From Bacteroidota bacterium (GTDB taxonomy: Bacteria > Bacteroidota > Rhodothermia > Rhodothermales > Bin80), in assembly GCA_026709065.1 (NCBI GenBank), contig JAPOTS010000035.1, forward strand, positions 16,033-80,032: DNA of 64,000 bases, written 5' to 3'. Position numbers and translations under genes: made by a program. Every line of letters begins with the position of its first letter. Position 1 is the first letter of the stretch. The notes beneath the pieces are model-generated. The model saw only the letters and a list, made by a program, of their open reading frames with translations, did no database searches and was not told the origin of the DNA. Shown in pieces: positions 41,956 through 52,765 of the stretch.

Positions 41956-43314
41956 ATGACACGTGTTATCTGGGCATCAATCGTAGCAGCTCTTGGCGGC
42001 TTACTCTTCGGGTTTGATACAGCCGTCATCTCCGGCGCTGAGGGTGCTCTTAGAGATTTGTACGATCCTACATATCAGCGTCTAAGTTCTGCATTTGGTT
42101 CTCCAGCATTCTGGCATGGTACACTGGTTGCCAGTGCACTACTTGGAACGATCATTGGATCACTTGCATTTGCAAAGCCTGCTGACCGCTATGGACGTCG
42201 TCCGATGCTAATGATTATGGGAGTTCTCTACCTTTTATCTGCTCTTGGAAGTGCAATTGCTTGGAATGCAGAATCATTTACACTATTTAGATTACTTGGG
42301 GGGCTTGGAGTTGGTGGGGCCTCAGTGGTAGCCCCGATGTATGTTGCGGAAATTGCACCTGCTCATATGAGAGGGCGACTCGTTGCTATGGTGCAACTCA
42401 ACATTGTGCTTGGCATTTTAATCGCTTACTTATCAAATTTTGTGATCGCATCCTTTGACCTTGGTAGTATTGAATGGAGATGGATGTTTGGCGTAGAGGC
42501 AGTTCCTGCACTGGCGTTTACCTTACTATTATTTACCAATCCTAGAAGCCCCCGATGGCTGATTGCTAAAGGTCGTGATGACGAAGCTGAAGGAGTTCTT
42601 AAAGCAATTGGTGGGAATAGTCTGGATGTAACCAAAGAGCTAAATTCAATCCGTGACTCACTCGCCCAAGCGCGAGAACATTTGACTGAAAAGTTCTTCC
42701 AACGCAAGTACCTTACTCCCATTCTACTGGCTATCGCGATCGCTACGTTTAATCAACTCTCTGGAATCAATGCCTTGATCTACTATACGCGGAGAATTTT
42801 TGAAATGGCAGGTGCATCTGGCACATCCGCTCTATTGCAGTCTGTAATTATCGGAGGTGTCAATCTCATTATGACCGCCGCAGCATTATCAGTCATTGAC
42901 AAACTCGGACGCAAAAATTTGATGCTTGTTGGTTCAATAGGATATATTGTAAGCTTAGGAGCTACGGCAATTGCATTTTATACCGACACGACGGGGCCTG
43001 TAGTATTGGCAAGTCTCATTGTATTTATTGCTTCCCATGCATTTGGTCAGGGGGCAGTCATTTGGGTATTTATCGGCGAAATATTCCCGAACAATATTCG
43101 CGCACGAGGACAAAGTCTTGGCAGTTTTGTTCACTGGATTATGGCTGCTATCATTTCTCTCACATTCCCAATGATTGCAGAAGTATCAGGTGCCAATATA
43201 TTTGCATTTTATGCCGTATGTATGGTGGGGCAGCTACTTTGGGTCATATTCGTGATGCCAGAAACAAAGGGCATTCCGCTTGAAGAAATGAATGAGAAAT
43301 TAGGGATTGAATGA
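41956..43314 (+). CDS. MFS sugar porter (sugar:H+ symporter)
   Basis: GFDTAVISGA, GRR-type loop, PRSPRWL and PETKG sugar-porter signatures. ATG 41956 is preferred over TTG 41929. Confidence 0.9.
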   Translation: MTRVIWASIVAALGGLLFGFDTAVISGAEGALRDLYDPTYQRLSSAFGSPAFWHGTLVASALLGTIIGSLAFAKPADRYGRRPMLMIMGVLYLLSALGSAIAWNAESFTLFRLLGGLGVGGASVVAPMYVAEIAPAHMRGRLVAMVQLNIVLGILIAYLSNFVIASFDLGSIEWRWMFGVEAVPALAFTLLLFTNPRSPRWLIAKGRDDEAEGVLKAIGGNSLDVTKELNSIRDSLAQAREHLTEKFFQRKYLTPILLAIAIATFNQLSGINALIYYTRRIFEMAGASGTSALLQSVIIGGVNLIMTAAALSVIDKLGRKNLMLVGSIGYIVSLGATAIAFYTDTTGPVVLASLIVFIASHAFGQGAVIWVFIGEIFPNNIRARGQSLGSFVHWIMAAIISLTFPMIAEVSGANIFAFYAVCMVGQLLWVIFVMPETKGIPLEEMNEKLGIE

Positions 43315-43685
43315 TGATACCACCATAATCAATAAAGTTGGTTGACAAATTGACTACTCACACATTCAGAGTATCACTTACATCGCTTTCGTTTTATTCT
43401 ATAATCATCCTCGCCTTCCATTGAAGTTTATCTCCGATAAAATTTTGATTTGAATAAATACACAGTCTCATCCCTATTCAATTCTTTCTCTCTCAATTGG
43501 AATATACCCTAATAGATTAACCATAGACTGTCGTAGTGATAGAATGCGTATATTTGACCATTCATTGATTCTAATTACGTAGGAATACCTCAAGCAAGTC
43601 ATAGGCTCATTATCTTGGCTCAACTCCTTTTTCATTGTATCTCTCTGCATCAATCCAGATTTTGCGCTATAACGAATAATAAGTA

Positions 43686-45242
43686 ATGCTTTCAGTCATT
43701 GATTTTATTGTTATTGGCGTTTATCTCATCGGCATTGCAATTCTTGGCATTCGTTTAGGTGGAAAGCAGCGCTCTACTGATGACTACTTTCTAGGTGGTA
43801 GAGATCTTCCATGGTGGGCAGTTTGCTTCTCAGTTGTTGCCACTGAAACTAGCACGCTCACGATTATTGGTGTTCCAGCAGTTTCCTATGGTGGAACAAT
43901 GATCTTTCTTCAGATCACTGGTGGTTATCTTCTAGGCCGTATTGCTGTTAGTGCACTTTTGTTACCAAGATACTTTAAGGGGGGTATGAGCACTGCATAC
44001 GCCTTTTTAGGTGAGCGCTTTGGGGATCGAATGCGCTCCACTGCATCTGTGACCTTCATGGTGACGAGGCTTTTAGCCGATGGTGTACGGTTATTTGCAA
44101 CAGCGATTCCAATCAAAGTCATCGCCGACTCAGCAGGCATGACCTTGATGGGAGATCCAATTTCCTATGGGCAAATCATCCTACTACTCGGAGTCATTAC
44201 CGCTATTTATACGATGGTCGGAGGGATTCGCGCTGTCATTTGGATAGATGTTGTTCAAATGATTTTGTACATCTTTGGTGGCATTCTATGTGCCATTCTT
44301 CTTCTTGATGGATTACCTGACGGTTGGTTTCAAATAGCTGCACAAGAGAGTAAATTTAAAGTAATTAATCTAGGGATTGGAGGTTCACTGACAGATTGGA
44401 TCACCCAGCCTTATGTCGCGGTCACTGCAATTATTGGTGGGGGAATCTTCTCAATGGCATCTCACGGAACAGATCAGTTGATTGTTCAGAGGCTTCTGAC
44501 CTGTAGAAATTTAAAAGATAGTCAGCGGGCTTTGATTGGTAGCTCTGTGCTGATTGCAGTACAGTTTGCCCTCTTTCTTATCATTGGGGTATTACTTTGG
44601 ATTCACTTTGGCGGATTAACTCCACAAGAATTAGGACTCAGCCGTGCAGACGAAGTGTTTCCCCGCTACATCATTGAGGGCTTACCATCAGGGTTATCAG
44701 GATTACTATTAGCTGGGATATTAGCGGCTGCAATGAGCACCCTGTCGTCCTCATTGAACTCTCTGGCCTCATCGTCCATGCTTGACCTAGTTGAAAGATT
44801 TGTCAAAAATTCAATTTCCAATTCGCGCAGATTGCTATTTTCAAGAGCGCTGACGTTTTTCTGGGCAGGACTGTTTATCGTTTTTGCAAGCTTATTTGAA
44901 AATACGGATAATCCGGTCGTAGAACTTGGCTTAGCCATTGCATCATTTACCTATGGCGGATTATTGGGAGGCTTTTTGCTTGGAATTATTATTAAGCATG
45001 CACAGGAATGGGATGCCATAATTGCATTCTGTCTGACCATAATTACGATGGTTTTAGTGATTTTTGGAGTCTGGTACAGCCCCGAACAAGGGTGGTTGTT
45101 TCATTTGAATCCCAGCGATGCTATGATTGAAAATTTGAATATGCGTCAAATTGCGTGGCCCTGGTACACATTCATAGGGAGTCTTCTGTGTATATGTGTT
45201 GGATTTATCTTATCCTTGCGTCATAGATTCATGAATCAATAG
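43686..45242 (+). CDS. sodium:solute symporter (SSF) family transporter
   Basis: DYFLGGRDLPWW N-terminal signature and about 13 TM segments. Confidence 0.85.
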   Translation: MLSVIDFIVIGVYLIGIAILGIRLGGKQRSTDDYFLGGRDLPWWAVCFSVVATETSTLTIIGVPAVSYGGTMIFLQITGGYLLGRIAVSALLLPRYFKGGMSTAYAFLGERFGDRMRSTASVTFMVTRLLADGVRLFATAIPIKVIADSAGMTLMGDPISYGQIILLLGVITAIYTMVGGIRAVIWIDVVQMILYIFGGILCAILLLDGLPDGWFQIAAQESKFKVINLGIGGSLTDWITQPYVAVTAIIGGGIFSMASHGTDQLIVQRLLTCRNLKDSQRALIGSSVLIAVQFALFLIIGVLLWIHFGGLTPQELGLSRADEVFPRYIIEGLPSGLSGLLLAGILAAAMSTLSSSLNSLASSSMLDLVERFVKNSISNSRRLLFSRALTFFWAGLFIVFASLFENTDNPVVELGLAIASFTYGGLLGGFLLGIIIKHAQEWDAIIAFCLTIITMVLVIFGVWYSPEQGWLFHLNPSDAMIENLNMRQIAWPWYTFIGSLLCICVGFILSLRHRFMNQ

Positions 45243-45247
45243 GCCTC

Positions 45248-47593
45248 ATGCAACTAGCTAAAAGACTTGATTTATGGCATCTATTCACCTCAATCAAGAC
45301 GTTAATTAATTTCAAAGTCGGAATTTTCATATCGTTGATCATTCTGACCACCTTGGCATTTGATCAAACCAGTAGCCCCGAGACGTTAATCTCTGTTGGT
45401 GATCGCTGGAGTAAAGAAACATTAGTGGCAGAGTTAGACTTTCCCATATACAAATCTGACGATTCTCTGCGTGCAGAGACACAACGCATACATAACTCAA
45501 TTGAGCCAATTTTCTATGATTTTCCAGATGCATGGCAGCGATCGCGTCAAATCGTTGATTCCCTTTCAGTATCTCTTGAGCGCACATTTGCTGCATATAC
45601 AGATTACCTGGTCGGGGCTCGTAGAGATACCGTTGCTGCTGGTAATGAGATAGACTTGATCAGTCTATCTCAGTCCACGATTGATGATTCACTCTTGTTT
45701 ATTGACCTTCGGCTTCAGACATCCATTCGTATGAGCGATTTGGATTGGCGTAAACTCGGATGGGATTATGCATTGAGAACACCCGAGATTCGTACAAATG
45801 TACCCATTGAAACTTCAAGCTCACCTTTATTTGAGCGGATCCTCAATGGAATTGCAAGCCGTAGCCAGCGCTTACAACTTCAAAAAGTTCTTAACATCCC
45901 CCGAGATTCAATCCATTCATCAAATGTCATCATTCGAGATACTGTTGAACAGACATTTAGCCGACTGCCATCATCTAACGTCCTCACGCAATTTGAGGCT
46001 CGTGAGCGAATCCAAGTATGGCTTGAGGAAACAATTCTTCAACAAGATTCAGTGCTTACATCAAACGCTATTTCCCAATTAATTGCTGCGGTATTCACTC
46101 CTTCGGCAATTTATCAAGCCGATCCAACAGAGCAGAGAAGAAAAGAGGCGGAATTTCAAATCATTCCTGTCCGAGGTATGGTTGCCGAAGGTGAAGAAAT
46201 TGTTCGAAATGGTGAGATTATCACACAGGAAATTAAACAAAAAATTGACTCCTTAGAGCGAGAATTAGGCAGTGAAATGCCTGCGACTCGTGAGCGATTG
46301 CAGTTGATTGGAAAAATTTTATTATCGCTTACAATCATTGCCATATTATCAATATTTCTTAGATATGCACGCCCAAATATCTTTCAAGACACTAAATCAA
46401 TCATTCTAATTTCGGTCTTGTATGCTGGAACGATCATCGCATTTGGAATCGTCATACGTCTTGCACCTCCCGAGTTTATGTATACCGTTCCTGTTGTCAT
46501 TGTCTCTGTGTTATTGACAGTCATTTTTGATTCCCGCCTTGCGTTGCTGACCACCTGCGCTATTGCCTTAGTAGGAGGATTTTTGTTACACTCTGACTAT
46601 ACCTATACTTGGTCAACCCTCGTTGCAGGGACTGTCGCCATTTTAAGCGCACGTGATCTTCGGAATCGTGGCCAGTTATTTTTGACCGCTGCGTATGCCT
46701 TCGGTGGTTACGGACTAGCGCTTGGAACGCTATGGCTCTATGAAGGAGGTGTTTGGCCACAACTCCAAGAAGATCTTCTATTGGCAGGAGTTGGTTCATT
46801 TCTACTGATCACTGCTTATCCGTTTCTGTGGGTTTTAGAGCGAGTATTTGATATTACAACAGACTTACGACTGTTAGAACTTTCTGATACCAATCATCCC
46901 CTGCTTAGGGAATTAATGAAAAAAGCCCCAGGAACATGCAATCACTCAATGCAGGTCTCCAGCCTTGCCGGATCCGTTGCAGATGAAATTGGAGCCAATA
47001 CGCTCCTTACACGCGTGGGGGCTCTATATCATGATGTTGGGAAACTATATTCTCCTGAATACTTCATAGAAAATCAAATGGGAGGTAACAATCCACACGA
47101 TGAATTGCTACCGTCAAAAAGTGCTCAGGTTATCATTAGTCATGTATCAAAAGGACTTGAATTAGGTGAGAAGTATCGCTTACCAGCCAAGGTAATACAC
47201 CTAATCGCCTCACACCATGGAACCACTAGGACAGAATATTTTTATCAAAAAGCCCTTGAGGACAGTAAGTCTAACAGCAAGGATCTTGATGAAAAACCGT
47301 TTACTTATCCAGGCCCTCAACCCAACTCAAAAGAAGCAGGCATCTTGATGCTTACCGATACAGTTGAAGCAGCCAGTCGAACAATGCAAGATATAACATC
47401 AGAAAAATTACAGGACTTAATTGATCAATTAATTGATCACAAGATTGAAGACCGGCAATTAGATAACACTGGGCTAACATTCCGCGATATATTTCTCATC
47501 AAAAAGATATTGTTAGAACAACTTCTGGCATTTCATCATGTTCGAATCAGCTATCAAAGCGACAGAGATTCCAAGCCCAATCAAATAGCTTGA
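45248..47593 (+). CDS. 7TM-receptor HD-domain phosphohydrolase (PgpH/YqfF-like)
   Basis: Extracellular N-domain, a 7TM block and a C-terminal HD domain (NHSMQV...LYHDVGK...ASHHGT). Confidence 0.85.
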   Translation: MQLAKRLDLWHLFTSIKTLINFKVGIFISLIILTTLAFDQTSSPETLISVGDRWSKETLVAELDFPIYKSDDSLRAETQRIHNSIEPIFYDFPDAWQRSRQIVDSLSVSLERTFAAYTDYLVGARRDTVAAGNEIDLISLSQSTIDDSLLFIDLRLQTSIRMSDLDWRKLGWDYALRTPEIRTNVPIETSSSPLFERILNGIASRSQRLQLQKVLNIPRDSIHSSNVIIRDTVEQTFSRLPSSNVLTQFEARERIQVWLEETILQQDSVLTSNAISQLIAAVFTPSAIYQADPTEQRRKEAEFQIIPVRGMVAEGEEIVRNGEIITQEIKQKIDSLERELGSEMPATRERLQLIGKILLSLTIIAILSIFLRYARPNIFQDTKSIILISVLYAGTIIAFGIVIRLAPPEFMYTVPVVIVSVLLTVIFDSRLALLTTCAIALVGGFLLHSDYTYTWSTLVAGTVAILSARDLRNRGQLFLTAAYAFGGYGLALGTLWLYEGGVWPQLQEDLLLAGVGSFLLITAYPFLWVLERVFDITTDLRLLELSDTNHPLLRELMKKAPGTCNHSMQVSSLAGSVADEIGANTLLTRVGALYHDVGKLYSPEYFIENQMGGNNPHDELLPSKSAQVIISHVSKGLELGEKYRLPAKVIHLIASHHGTTRTEYFYQKALEDSKSNSKDLDEKPFTYPGPQPNSKEAGILMLTDTVEAASRTMQDITSEKLQDLIDQLIDHKIEDRQLDNTGLTFRDIFLIKKILLEQLLAFHHVRISYQSDRDSKPNQIA

Positions 47594-47615
47594 ATCTCAT
47601 AATTTGGATGATCAC

Positions 47616-48644
47616 TCATACCTTGCCTAAATAACATCGAGGTACAGGCAAGTCCGCGACAGTTTTTAATCCTGGTGATGCCTGAAAAACTTGTGGTATG
47701 GCATTAACTAACGCTGCTACAGTTGCCGTATCACCAAAAATCCCTCCCTCTACAACTAGATTGATTGGAGGATCTCCTGTTACAATTACACGATCCTCAG
47801 GATCTTTTGCACCTACATACATCCGTAAATCTAATGAGACCACTACTTGATCGCCACTCAGTACCTCAGCTGTATGTTTAATTCCAGCAACTCGGCCAGA
47901 TTTCACGGTCAAATAGGGAGTTTCTGTCGTTTCATCACAAATGACAGGCTCCAATACTTCAGAGTAATCCTCAATTGGCCATCCGAGTCCACTCATGACT
48001 AGTCGTAGAGATTCAACCAACCCAATATGCCCAAATCCTCCCTTTGCTTTTCGATCTTGAAATTCTTGAACAGTCATACCAGCTCCAACCTTTTTTTGGA
48101 GAGGGAGTCGTCTTAATCCAGCATCTACGCGGCGCGTAATCTTAATTGATTCCACATTTGAGCATACTCCAGTGGCGACCAAGGCAAGAACATCCATAGC
48201 ATATCCAGGATTCACCCCAGTCCCAAGAATGGAGACCCCATAATATTTTGCAAGAGAATCAAGCCTAAGGGCAATTTCTGGGTGTCTGTCAAAAGGATAA
48301 GGCAGTTCCTCAGTACTTGAAACTACACACACACCTGATTGAATGCATTGCGTCAATTGCTCTTCAACTTGAGGCATAAACGAACTGGTAGTATGAACGA
48401 CAACATCTGCATAGCTATGAGAAAGGACCTGTTGAGCGTTTGCTGAGATGACGACATCTGATTCAGCATTGACTAGCTCCCCAACAGTTTGATTGACTTT
48501 TTTCGGATCAATGTCAATAGCACCGACGAGTTGAATTTGTCCAGATTTCTGCTTTTCAAGAATGAGCTTTGCAGTTCCTTGCCCAATCGGGCCGAGGCCG
48601 TATTGGACGACTCGTATTGGAGATTTTTTTTGAAGACCCTTCAT
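47616..48644 (-). CDS. DapB-N-like NAD(P)-dependent amine dehydrogenase family protein (2,4-diaminopentanoate dehydrogenase-like)
   Basis: Rossmann N-terminus IRVVQYGLGPIGQ. ATG 48644 overlaps the pruA stop as TAATG. The track's upstream extension overlaps pruA. Confidence 0.65.
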   Translation of the reverse strand: MKGLQKKSPIRVVQYGLGPIGQGTAKLILEKQKSGQIQLVGAIDIDPKKVNQTVGELVNAESDVVISANAQQVLSHSYADVVVHTTSSFMPQVEEQLTQCIQSGVCVVSSTEELPYPFDRHPEIALRLDSLAKYYGVSILGTGVNPGYAMDVLALVATGVCSNVESIKITRRVDAGLRRLPLQKKVGAGMTVQEFQDRKAKGGFGHIGLVESLRLVMSGLGWPIEDYSEVLEPVICDETTETPYLTVKSGRVAGIKHTAEVLSGDQVVVSLDLRMYVGAKDPEDRVIVTGDPPINLVVEGGIFGDTATVAALVNAIPQVFQASPGLKTVADLPVPRCYLGKV

Positions 48645-50275
48645 TAGTCTGATTTTATAAATGGATAACTGAAGTGTCTTGGAGGATTGAATGTCTCTTT
48701 GATGGTTCTTGCAGAGACCCAACGCATGAGGTTAGGCGGAGCGCCAGCTTTATCATTGGTTCCCGATGCACGAGCACCTCCAAATGGTTGCTGGCCAACA
48801 ACTGCGCCAGTTGGTTTATCGTTGATATAAAAGTTACCAGCCGAGTTCCGTAACGCATTACAAGCTTGAACTATGATCTGACGATCTTGCGCAAAAACTG
48901 CCCCTGTTAATGCATACGGTGAAGTTTGATCTAACAAAGTAAGGGTTTCGTCAAATTTTTCATCATCGTAAACAAAAATAGTAACAACGGGTCCGAAAAT
49001 TTCCTCACACATCGTGCGATACTGGGGATCGGAGGCTAAGATGACCGTTGGCTCAATGAAGTATCCATGTTTATCGTTATAATGTCCCCCAGTAACGATC
49101 TCAGCATCTGTTGAATGCTGTGCTTCTTTGATGTAACCAACAATATTCTGATAAGAACTTTGATCAATGACGGCATTGACAAAGTTTGAAAAATCTTCAA
49201 CTGTCCCCATCTTGATTTCATCAAGTTGCCCAATTAAAGCATTTCTAATTAAACTCCACTTGGATTTAGGTAAATAGATTCGTGAGGCCGCCGAGCACTT
49301 CTGGCCTTGATATTCAAAGGCTCCACGTACAATTGCTGTGGCTACCGCATCTGGATCAGCCGAGCTATGGGCAAGGATAAAATCTTTCCCTCCTGTTTCA
49401 CCAACAATTCTGGGATAGGTATCGTAATTTGAAATATTGGCACCAATCGTTCGCCACATATGTTGGAATGTGTCAGTTGAGCCTGTAAAATGAAGCCCTG
49501 AGAAGCTTGAAGAGGCTAAGACTGGATCCCCAATATTCGCGCCAGATCCAGGGACCATATTAATGACTCCAGGAGGTAATCCTGCTTCTTCAAGTAATTT
49601 GTAGATAAAATACGCTGAATAGATTGATGTAGAAGCTGGTTTCCAGATTACAGTATTGCCCATCAATGCAGGAGCAGTGGGCAAATTTCCGGTAATTGAT
49701 GTAAAATTAAATGGAGTCACAGCGAAGACAAAACCTTCAAGAGGACGGTATTCTAAGCGGTTCCAGACTCCTGGGGAGGAGTAGGGTTGTTCTTCGTAGA
49801 TCTTAGAAGCATATTCTACATTGAAACGAAAGAAGTCAATGAGCTCACATGCTGCATCAATTTCAGCCTGGAATACATTTTTACTTTGCCCAAGCATTGT
49901 GGAGGCATTGAGGACATCACGCCAGGGTCCAGCCAATAAATCTGCGGCTTTGAGGAAGATTGATGCTCTATCAATGAAGTCCATTTCTGACCATGTCTTC
50001 CGGGCTTCAAGTGCTGACTCAATTGCTTGTTGCACTTGTTTACTACCACATTTATGGACAGCACCAAGTAAATGTGCTACTTCATGAGGGGGACGGATTT
50101 CTCCGAGGTCTCCAGTATGAACAGCTTTTCCATGAATGAATGCTGGAATTTCGGTCTGGGTGCCTTTTAATTCCTTTAGTTTTAACTTTATGGATGCACA
50201 TTCAGAAGAGCCTGGTGCGTAATCTAGTACTGGCTCATTGATAGCTTTTGGTATAATCGGTTTACTGTTATTCAT
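48644..50275 (-). CDS. pruA: L-glutamate gamma-semialdehyde (1-pyrroline-5-carboxylate) dehydrogenase
   Basis: ALDH catalytic blocks (VGETGGKDF, EYQGQKCSA) and the PruA-type C-terminus FGGARASGTNDKAG. ATG 50275 is preferred. Confidence 0.9.
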   Translation of the reverse strand: MNNSKPIIPKAINEPVLDYAPGSSECASIKLKLKELKGTQTEIPAFIHGKAVHTGDLGEIRPPHEVAHLLGAVHKCGSKQVQQAIESALEARKTWSEMDFIDRASIFLKAADLLAGPWRDVLNASTMLGQSKNVFQAEIDAACELIDFFRFNVEYASKIYEEQPYSSPGVWNRLEYRPLEGFVFAVTPFNFTSITGNLPTAPALMGNTVIWKPASTSIYSAYFIYKLLEEAGLPPGVINMVPGSGANIGDPVLASSSFSGLHFTGSTDTFQHMWRTIGANISNYDTYPRIVGETGGKDFILAHSSADPDAVATAIVRGAFEYQGQKCSAASRIYLPKSKWSLIRNALIGQLDEIKMGTVEDFSNFVNAVIDQSSYQNIVGYIKEAQHSTDAEIVTGGHYNDKHGYFIEPTVILASDPQYRTMCEEIFGPVVTIFVYDDEKFDETLTLLDQTSPYALTGAVFAQDRQIIVQACNALRNSAGNFYINDKPTGAVVGQQPFGGARASGTNDKAGAPPNLMRWVSARTIKETFNPPRHFSYPFIKSD

Positions 50276-50417
50276 TGGTATATGGATTAAGATTGAACAA
50301 TGATGAAGATGTCTTTTCTGATCAAGATTCACTTGAAAATGTTATACTACTGATATCTAAGAATATTTCCAATTATTTAGAGACAATCAAAAGTTAAATT
50401 CCGTTTGATTCGATTAC

Positions 50418-51662
50418 TTGTTTAACGTGTCCTTTAAGGTATTCATAGCATGGAGGTATTTACGCGGTGCCCAAGGGGGGGACAGCGGTGGTAAGTTTCT
50501 ACGATTTATTTCCCTCGTTGCGGTGGGTAGCGTATCAGTTGGGGTTGCAACACTGCTACTCGCTCTATCAATTGTGCGTGGGTTTAGCCAAGAAATTCAT
50601 GATAAAATCACTGGATTTGGTGCGCATATTCAAGTAGAGAATATACGTCATGGTCCACTGATTGGATCAGATGAGTTATCATTGAAGATCCAACAACAAG
50701 ATTCGGTCATTTCTTTACAGCCGGTTGTAACTGAATTTGTTTTATTGAGACGATCGAGTCAAGACATTGATGGGGTAGGGTTATGGGGAACTGATCGACT
50801 ACCTGATTATTTAGCTCAACATATCATCAATGGATCAGATAATATAGAACCGGAGAATTCTCCAAAATTAGTGGTTGGTAATATCCTTGCAGAAAATCTT
50901 AATCTCAAAATTGGAAACCTTGTGACCCTCCTTTCTATCAGAAACTTATCGTCTGTTGAGTCTCTGTTTGGTTCTCGTCCCCGCTTTAAGCAATTTGAAA
51001 TATCTGGAATTTATGAAACATTTCTCATTGATTTTGATGAGACCTATATCTTTACAGATATTAATTCAGCAAGACAATTACTTGGATATAAGGAGGATCA
51101 TGTCACACGTTTTGATGTGATGCTTGAAGATGCAAGCTTAGCTCCATCAATCTCATTACTTCTTGAAGATTCGTTAGGATTCGGTGTGCTGGTTCGGACT
51201 ATTTTTGAAATCTACCGAGGATTATTTGCGTGGATTGATTTACAGGAAGCAATTGTACCATTGGTGATCAGTGTTCTGATATTTGTTGCGGCATTTAGTG
51301 TTATGGGAATGCTCCTTATGATTGTATTAGAAAAAACTCGTGAAATTGGAATCCTAACAAGCATGGGCGCGTCACAGCAAAGGATTCAACAACTATACAT
51401 TTATCTAGGCTTCTTTGTAGGTAGTTTAGGAACTGGAATTGGTTTATTACTCGCTGTGATATTAGGTTTCATTCAGGCAAGATTCGGAATTATTGGGCTT
51501 CCTGTGGAGACATACTTCATGGATACAGTTCCAATATCACTGATGTTGTCTGATTTTGGGATCGTTGCAGTGGTTTCTATAATATTATGTCTGTTAGCTT
51601 CGTATTTTCCCTCACGTATTGCATCACGAATTTCTCCACTTCAAGTTTTAAGATTTCGTTAG
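50418..51662 (+). CDS. lipoprotein-releasing system permease (LolC/LolE, FtsX-like)
   Basis: IAWRYLRG N-terminus, a MacB-like periplasmic domain and a C-terminal FtsX 3-TM domain. TTG start. Confidence 0.8.
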   Translation: MFNVSFKVFIAWRYLRGAQGGDSGGKFLRFISLVAVGSVSVGVATLLLALSIVRGFSQEIHDKITGFGAHIQVENIRHGPLIGSDELSLKIQQQDSVISLQPVVTEFVLLRRSSQDIDGVGLWGTDRLPDYLAQHIINGSDNIEPENSPKLVVGNILAENLNLKIGNLVTLLSIRNLSSVESLFGSRPRFKQFEISGIYETFLIDFDETYIFTDINSARQLLGYKEDHVTRFDVMLEDASLAPSISLLLEDSLGFGVLVRTIFEIYRGLFAWIDLQEAIVPLVISVLIFVAAFSVMGMLLMIVLEKTREIGILTSMGASQQRIQQLYIYLGFFVGSLGTGIGLLLAVILGFIQARFGIIGLPVETYFMDTVPISLMLSDFGIVAVVSIILCLLASYFPSRIASRISPLQVLRFR

Positions 51663-52035
51663 ATTACAGACTGCCCTTTTAAGAAACATTATATCAAAAC
51701 AATGATTACAATTATTGTCTATAAGCTGATGAGTCTCATAATTAATGACTACACTGACCTGGGTTTTACAATTCTGGATAATGATCATTTATGATTCCCG
51801 ATCGAGCATGCATAAAATTTATTCGTGGATGTCACATTGTCTGTTAATGAAATTAACTAACGCAGTAAGTATTACTCCTACTGAGAAAATGTAGCCTATA
51901 TGAATACTATGAGCTATGAAAGAGAATTCAAATCATTCCAGATTTATTAAAGGGGAATATCGGCCATAGTGCTATATTTTATTGATCATCATTTAGGTTG
52001 AATTTATTACTTAATTCATAGAAAAGATTAGTGCA

Positions 52036-52284
52036 ATGCCATTATTCCAAATACAACTATTTAGTGTGTTGCAGTCAAAATTCAAAACATCATCCATTGA
52101 GGTCGAAGGCCCAGAAGGCATTACTGTTGCTGAACTTCTTGATTCAGCATGTGAGCAATATCCCTTAATAGTCCCATATAGGAATGTAATGCGTCTTGCA
52201 GTAAATCATCAGTATGCCCCAGACTCGCAGATCCTACAAGATCTAGATGAAATCGCAATAATAACCCCAGTAAGTGGTGGCTAA
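52036..52284 (+). CDS. moaD: MoaD/ThiS-family sulfur carrier protein
   Basis: 82 aa beta-grasp-size protein ending in ...PVSGG. It overlaps moaE by 11 nt. Confidence 0.75.
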   Translation: MPLFQIQLFSVLQSKFKTSSIEVEGPEGITVAELLDSACEQYPLIVPYRNVMRLAVNHQYAPDSQILQDLDEIAIITPVSGG

Positions 52285-52765
52285 GCAAGACCAACAACGG
52301 ATTGTTCAACTTTCGGAGGAACCCATTGACCTTGCTTCGGCATATCAATTCTTGCAAACTCCCGAAGCGGGGGGGATTTCAATATTTGCAGGAATCACAC
52401 GTCGTTGGACCAAAGGGAAAGAAACCCTTTGTCTAAACTACACATGTTATGAGACCATGGCACAAGAAGAGATGCATCGACTCGTAGATTTAGCATCTTC
52501 TAAATGGATTCTCCATAGGGTATGCTTAATCCATAGAATGGGGCAAGTACCTGTTTCAGAGGCAAGTGTCGTCATTGGGGTTGCGACTTCTCATCGCCCT
52601 GAAGCATTTGAAGCGTGTAGATTCCTGATAGATCAATTAAAAATACAAGTCCCCATATGGAAACATGAAACATATACAGACGGGACTGCTTCATGGATTG
52701 AAGGAACACATCCACCAGAGCCGCACGTATCTGATGACAACATGGTAAGAGCTTCTATAATTTGA
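52274..52765 (+). CDS. moaE: molybdopterin synthase catalytic subunit MoaE
   Basis: MoaE blocks (GGISIFAGITR, IGVATSHRPEAFEAC, VPIWKHE). GTG start. Confidence 0.85.
   Translation: MVAKQDQQRIVQLSEEPIDLASAYQFLQTPEAGGISIFAGITRRWTKGKETLCLNYTCYETMAQEEMHRLVDLASSKWILHRVCLIHRMGQVPVSEASVVIGVATSHRPEAFEACRFLIDQLKIQVPIWKHETYTDGTASWIEGTHPPEPHVSDDNMVRASII

Noticed and set aside
51663-52035. Looked for a Moco riboswitch in the 373 bp upstream of moaD.
   Set aside because: The region is AT-rich and lacks the conserved GC-rich helices and the CCUCCGAG / AAAGG-type blocks of the Moco RNA motif as I recall them.
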